In this document: positions 59,556-64,000 of the stretch, piece after piece | Layout: the number at the start of each line of letters is the position of its first letter | Numbering within the stretch: the stretch's first letter is position 1 | NCBI GenBank assembly: GCA_965226795.1 | Contig: CBDDDZ010000005.1 | Location: forward strand, 96,001 to 160,000 | Reading direction: 5' to 3' | DNA: 64,000 nucleotides | DNA from: Candidatus Latescibacterota bacterium | GTDB lineage: Bacteria; Latescibacterota; UBA2968; GCA-2709665 | Translations under genes and position numbers: made by a program | Notes under the pieces: generated by a model | The model's database searches: none | Told to the model about the DNA's origin: nothing | Seen by the model: only the letters and a program-made list of their open reading frames with translations

Positions 59556-60905
59556 TCAACGGCCGGGCCATTCCAGCATAACAACCTCTTCCCTGAGCTG
59601 TTCACCCGTCACCGTAGAAGGCCTGGTTCGAAACAGGTCGATCCCGGTGACAGTGTAACCCAATGTATCTGCAATACCGGCCAGAAGTTCGCCCGTTCTG
59701 ATCATCACCCGCAGATAGGACGCCTGGTCGCCCACCACATACGCGAGCTTTGCCCCCCGTTTGAGAGCGGGTCGAAGAGACGCCAGATGCTTTGCCATGC
59801 CCCCGAAATAGAGGAGCGTGACGCGGGCGTATTGGCGCTCGAACCCCGATGTTTTGCCGAGGGCGATTCGCCGTTTTTCTATTTCATCCGCGAGGCTGCG
59901 TATTGCAACATTGTCTGCAATTTCCCGGTCATCGGTGTCGGCTTTGTAGACGCCGCGTGTGTTGGACCTGACCAGGTTCTGTTTCAGCATCCTTAGTTCG
60001 TGTCGGTTGCCGATCAAGCCAAGAACGACGGATTCCAGGCGGGTCGTTCTCGTGTAATCCTTCTCGTTGGGATATGGCGGGGAGGTAATTACAAAATCGA
60101 CGGAACCCGGTTTCAGGATGTTTTCGACGTTGCGAGCGTCGGCGTTGATGATTCGGCTGGAGATGCTTGCGCGGCCATCATAACGGTGAATGTCCCGGAC
60201 AGCAGTCCGTATACATTTAAGCCAGGCGTCGACGACCGGAGCATCGTATTTAATTTTCCCGACCCCAACCTCCGGTCCGAATTTCAGGTTGCTGATGTGG
60301 TGTACCAGTGCATTGGCAAAGCAGACGCGGCCGTAATGTTGCAACTGATGATTTCCGTGCCGGTCGATTGCATCCAGCAGCACGAGTGCCTTGTGCAGAG
60401 GACGCGGGCTGATAGAGTCCTTCAAGAGTATTTTCGACCGCTCAGCAGGAAGTTCCTTCAGCGTGGTTGTCGGATTTCCATTTGCTGCGAAAAGAGGAAG
60501 ATCCTTCCATTCATCAAAGCCCTGTTCTTCCAGCGTCTTCTTCGTCGATAGCGCTACCTCTTCCGCGTAGCCGAGCAACTCTTCGTGACTTACACTCCAG
60601 TCGACCTTCACCGAACTTGCGAAATACGCCATGGGGTTCGGCTCGATCCCGACGCTGCCGATGCCGAGCTTTTTGCACTCTACGGGCGTGGTTCCGGTCC
60701 CACAAAATGGGTCGAGGACCGTGTCGGATCGTCTAACGTCGAACCGGTTGAGATACTCGCGGACCAGGTGAGGCGGGAATGACAGGACGAAACGATACCA
60801 GTCATGAACCGCTCTGTCTTCGGGCCGCAGTTTGTTCTGTGCCTTCATTTTATGATGCAATCGATCGGTCTGATTCGCATTTAACATATTATAATTTGTC
60901 AACAT
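59556..60905 (-). CDS. Site-specific DNA methyltransferase (N4-cytosine type, alpha order)
   Basis: HDWYRF..SFPPHLV, motif I VLDPFCGTGTT, motif IV VITSPPY, YVVGDQ. Confidence 0.9.
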   Translation of the reverse strand: MLTNYNMLNANQTDRLHHKMKAQNKLRPEDRAVHDWYRFVLSFPPHLVREYLNRFDVRRSDTVLDPFCGTGTTPVECKKLGIGSVGIEPNPMAYFASSVKVDWSVSHEELLGYAEEVALSTKKTLEEQGFDEWKDLPLFAANGNPTTTLKELPAERSKILLKDSISPRPLHKALVLLDAIDRHGNHQLQHYGRVCFANALVHHISNLKFGPEVGVGKIKYDAPVVDAWLKCIRTAVRDIHRYDGRASISSRIINADARNVENILKPGSVDFVITSPPYPNEKDYTRTTRLESVVLGLIGNRHELRMLKQNLVRSNTRGVYKADTDDREIADNVAIRSLADEIEKRRIALGKTSGFERQYARVTLLYFGGMAKHLASLRPALKRGAKLAYVVGDQASYLRVMIRTGELLAGIADTLGYTVTGIDLFRTRPSTVTGEQLREEVVMLEWPGR

Positions 60906-61382
60906 AGATAAAGAAAGGATCGAATATTCGTTGTGCAGGCGCAGTCTTCAATCCGTGTTTTGTGGTAATATAGTCAGTATCATTTCGGATTGCAAGGTGC
61001 GGAAGTGCGCCAGGGTCGATCCCAGCGGTAATGGCACCTCGAGGAGAAATACCAGCGGAGACCGGGACTTCCGGTCTACAGCGTGTGGCGCATATCTTCG
61101 GCATCGGCGGCAGTCCGCCTCTGGACACATGACAGAAGGTTGGTGAAAGTAGATTTCCCTTGACTCGAAGCGGTTCTTGAAGTTCCTTCTTTATCCGGCA
61201 AACGAACACCGGTGGTGCAGTTTTGGGTTGGCATTGCGCATTGCGATTTCGCGGAATTGAGTCGTCCCGTTCACTCGGCCTCCCGGGCCGAGGATGCAAG
61301 AGCAAAGTTGGCTGCTCTTCAGAACTCCGGCGTCTGTACTTCGTGGACGAGGAGACGGGCTTTTTGTCAACGACGGGATGTT

Positions 61383-63017
61383 ATGCAGTCCATTTCAGAG
61401 TTTTTGAGCGGCAAGACGCTGTTTGTAACCGGCGCGACGGGGTTTCTGGCGAAGGGATTCGTGGAGAAGATCCTGTTTTCCGCGCCGGAGGTGGCGCGGA
61501 TCTTTCTCCTGATCCGGCCGCGTTCACGATCCAGCGGCCAACGGGTTTCCGAAGCGGAGCGGCTGGAGTCGGAGGTTCTTCAGTCGCGCGCGTTTGCAAG
61601 GCTGAGGCAGAGATGGGGCGCGGCATTTCCGTCGGTGATGGCGGATAAGGTCGCCGCGGTGCCCGGCGATCTGACCGAAGATGGACTGGGGATAGCGTCC
61701 GATCAGCATGAGCGTCTGGTTCACGAAGTGGATTTCGTGGTGAACTTCGCCGGAACCGTGGTTTTCGATGAGCCCATCGACAGTGCGCTCGAACAGAATA
61801 CGATGGGCGCCGCGAGGGTCATGGCCTTCGCGAAGGCCTGCCGGAAAGCCGCGCTGGTTCACGTGTCGACCGCGTACGTCAGCGGGCAACGGACCGGCCG
61901 GATCCCGGAGGCACCGTTTCCCCAGGATCGGAGCGCTTCGGATCTCATCAACGGAAGCCAGGCCGGGTTCGAACTGCAGGGCGAGATCGATGCGATTCGG
62001 GCGTTCACCGAGGAGGTCGAGGCGGCGTCAAAAAAGCCCGATCTGGAGGCGGCATTCCTGAAGCAACTCAGGCGCCAGGACCGTGGCAAACGTGTGACCG
62101 ACTACAGGAAAGCGCATCAGGTCGAAGCGCTTCGGCAGCGCTGGATTCTGAAGCAACTGGTGGACGAGGGGATGCGGCGGGCGAGGCGCCTGGGCTGGAA
62201 CGACAGCTACACGCTCACCAAGGCGATGGGCGAGCAGTTGATCGTGAAGTCGAGGGGAGACCTTCCAACGGCCATCGTCCGTCCGGCCATCGTAGAGAGC
62301 AGCCTCGAGGACCCGGAGCCGGGCTGGGTGGAGGATTTGAAAGTCGCCGACCCGCTGATCGTCCACTACGGTAAAGGTCGTCTGTCGAGTTTCCCCATCG
62401 ATCCGGAGATCGTGCTGGACATTATACCTGTCGACCTGTTGATCAACGCCGTCGCGGCGGTGCTTCCACAGGTTCACGGGTCGCGGGAGATGAAGGTTTA
62501 CCAGGTGGCGTCGGGTTCACAGAATCCGATGCGGGCGAGTGAGATGGTCGAACTGATTTACGGCTACTTCAAGACCTCGCCCATGCACGACCGGAACGGG
62601 CGGCCCATTGAAGTCCGGCCCTGGCGGTTCATCAGCAGGCGGCGGTTCTGCTGGCTGGTTGCATTGAAATACAAGCTTCCGCTGAGCCTGTTGAAGGTGG
62701 CCATTGATTATCTGCCCGCCCGCTGGGTTTCCCGTTACAGGCGACGGGTTTCCGCAATGGAGGCAATGCTGGTCAGGCTCGAGTCCCTCGTCGATATATA
62801 TTGCGGGTACACCCATCTGGACTGCGAGTTCGAAACGGAGAATACGCGCCGGCTGTTCCAGGCGCTGAATCCGGAAGACCGGAAGGTGTTTAACTTCGAC
62901 GTGACGCGCATCGACTGGCGGGAGTATATCCAGGAGATCCACATTCCGGGATTGAAATACCATGTATTGAAAGAGGGGGTTGGGGCGGTTTCCGTGTTGA
63001 CCGCCGAGGCCGATTGA
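61383..63017 (+). CDS. Fatty acyl-CoA reductase-like protein (NAD_binding_4 + Sterile domain)
   Basis: FVTGATGFLAK, HVSTAYV, YTLTKAMGE, IVRPAIVES...PGW, FNFDVTRIDWREY; start moved to the ATG at 61383. Confidence 0.85.
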   Translation: MQSISEFLSGKTLFVTGATGFLAKGFVEKILFSAPEVARIFLLIRPRSRSSGQRVSEAERLESEVLQSRAFARLRQRWGAAFPSVMADKVAAVPGDLTEDGLGIASDQHERLVHEVDFVVNFAGTVVFDEPIDSALEQNTMGAARVMAFAKACRKAALVHVSTAYVSGQRTGRIPEAPFPQDRSASDLINGSQAGFELQGEIDAIRAFTEEVEAASKKPDLEAAFLKQLRRQDRGKRVTDYRKAHQVEALRQRWILKQLVDEGMRRARRLGWNDSYTLTKAMGEQLIVKSRGDLPTAIVRPAIVESSLEDPEPGWVEDLKVADPLIVHYGKGRLSSFPIDPEIVLDIIPVDLLINAVAAVLPQVHGSREMKVYQVASGSQNPMRASEMVELIYGYFKTSPMHDRNGRPIEVRPWRFISRRRFCWLVALKYKLPLSLLKVAIDYLPARWVSRYRRRVSAMEAMLVRLESLVDIYCGYTHLDCEFETENTRRLFQALNPEDRKVFNFDVTRIDWREYIQEIHIPGLKYHVLKEGVGAVSVLTAEAD

Positions 63018-63143
63018 CCGGCTTGTGGGGGTTCGAGGTTCAAGACCGTCAACGGTCGATGATTCCGGCGACGGGGATTCCACCGGGCGAATCGAAACCA
63101 TACGCAGGCGGGCGTTCGGCTCTTTTTGTGGGACTGAGGACAA

Positions 63144-64000
63144 ATGGATCGGAATCAATCAGTTCCCGTTCACCGCATGTTGCTGAAGGATCCTGCCAGG
63201 CTGGTAGCCGCTTACGATCAGGCCGCAGCCGAGTTGATTGCCGCGGTTCGGCCCGAAGGTTATTTCGAGGGGTGGGCGACCGAGGATCTGACGTGGCCCG
63301 AGGGTGCCGCCGCCGAGATCGGCCTCGAAGGCCTGCGCAAAAGGGCGCGGATCGTGGACGCGATTTATCGCGGCGTTCCGGCGTTGCGGGACAGGCGTCT
63401 GAAGGAAGCCCACGACCATTTCGATGAACTGACGTCCGCGTATCACGAAGGCAGCCGGATCTATCTGCGCCTGCGGGATCAGTTTGTTGGCAGCGGCGCC
63501 GGTACGGCGCGCGATTTTCTGAAACGTTACCAGTCTCTCTACGTGGAGGCGCTTGCCAAAGGGGATGATTTCTCCCCCGACCCGGCCGAAACGTCCCTTG
63601 CCCAGGCCCGGATCTCCCGGGTGCCGCTCTCACACGCCAGGGCCGTGGCGGAAGCGCTTTCCCGCGTGGCGATGGAAGACGATCCGCAATGGGAGGCCGA
63701 ATACGTCTGCACGGTGGATGGCACGACCTGGAAGGGATCGCTGCGGGAACTGCTGGAAGACGTGGCGCAGAGGACGTTGCACTACATCGCCGCCGGAGAG
63801 CTTCTCGCCACGCGCTACAATACGTACAATAACCTGGGATGGTTCGGCAGTTCGGTGTGGAACGTAGTCGCGGAAGCCGACGTCATGCTGTGTCGGATCG
63901 AGGGTTTGGATCCCGAGCGCTCGGCGGCCCTGAAGGCAGACCTGGACCTGGGTCGGAGTATGCTTGTGGAGTTCCTGGCGGCGCACCGGGAGGATCCCTC
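63144..64000 (+). CDS. Hypothetical protein, partial (runs off the window)
   Basis: ATG behind GAGGA; open frame MDRNQSVPVHRMLLKDPARLV... to the end of the window with GC-rich third positions. Confidence 0.7.
   Translation, partial: MDRNQSVPVHRMLLKDPARLVAAYDQAAAELIAAVRPEGYFEGWATEDLTWPEGAAAEIGLEGLRKRARIVDAIYRGVPALRDRRLKEAHDHFDELTSAYHEGSRIYLRLRDQFVGSGAGTARDFLKRYQSLYVEALAKGDDFSPDPAETSLAQARISRVPLSHARAVAEALSRVAMEDDPQWEAEYVCTVDGTTWKGSLRELLEDVAQRTLHYIAAGELLATRYNTYNNLGWFGSSVWNVVAEADVMLCRIEGLDPERSAALKADLDLGRSMLVEFLAAHREDP

Noticed and set aside
60906..61382. tRNA or attachment site at the right island edge, and the 57-codon N-terminal extension of the reductase ORF
   Set aside because: No cloverleaf or T-loop consensus and no integrase seen; reductase similarity begins at the ATG at 61383.

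Overview
Bacterial window with a GC-rich core flanked by two visibly more AT-rich anti-phage-type islands. Gene content and repeat style are suggestive of an FCB/Latescibacterota-like uncultured lineage (inference only). Left island (0.3-9.4 kb): DUF4365+TPR protein, an hsdR remnant, a Septu-like PtuB/PtuA pair, hsdS, a frameshifted hsdM, and a DUF4062 protein with an in-frame winged-helix tail behind an amber stop. The island starts where a DUF433/PIN toxin-antitoxin toxin gene is cut short. Core (10-43.7 kb, all on the minus strand): metabolic genes, a large outer-membrane HEXXH/propeller protein, an Opp/Dpp ABC transporter interleaved with an uncharacterised GlmL-like ATPase + DUF6754-type membrane module, lipoate ligase, rnc, fabF-acpP-fabG-fabD-fabH, rpmF, yceD, a solo PD-(D/E)XK nuclease and ndk. 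The 43.7-52 kb stretch is rich in repeats: REP-like hairpins, a two-copy covarying structured element around a penicillin acylase gene, and a ~385-bp tandem duplication. Right island (52-61 kb): a tightly packed four-gene cassette (N6-adenine MTase, GHKL-ATPase/histidine kinase fusion, receiver protein, small His-motif protein) with no recognisable restriction enzyme, a HEPN/Zn-ribbon gene, a truncated endonuclease and an N4-C-type MTase. The window ends with a fatty acyl-CoA reductase and a partial ORF. No rRNA, tRNA, CRISPR array, integrase or transposase was recognised. All family assignments are from motif recognition by eye, not from searches. Clustered indels suggest some sequencing error, so pseudogene calls are provisional.
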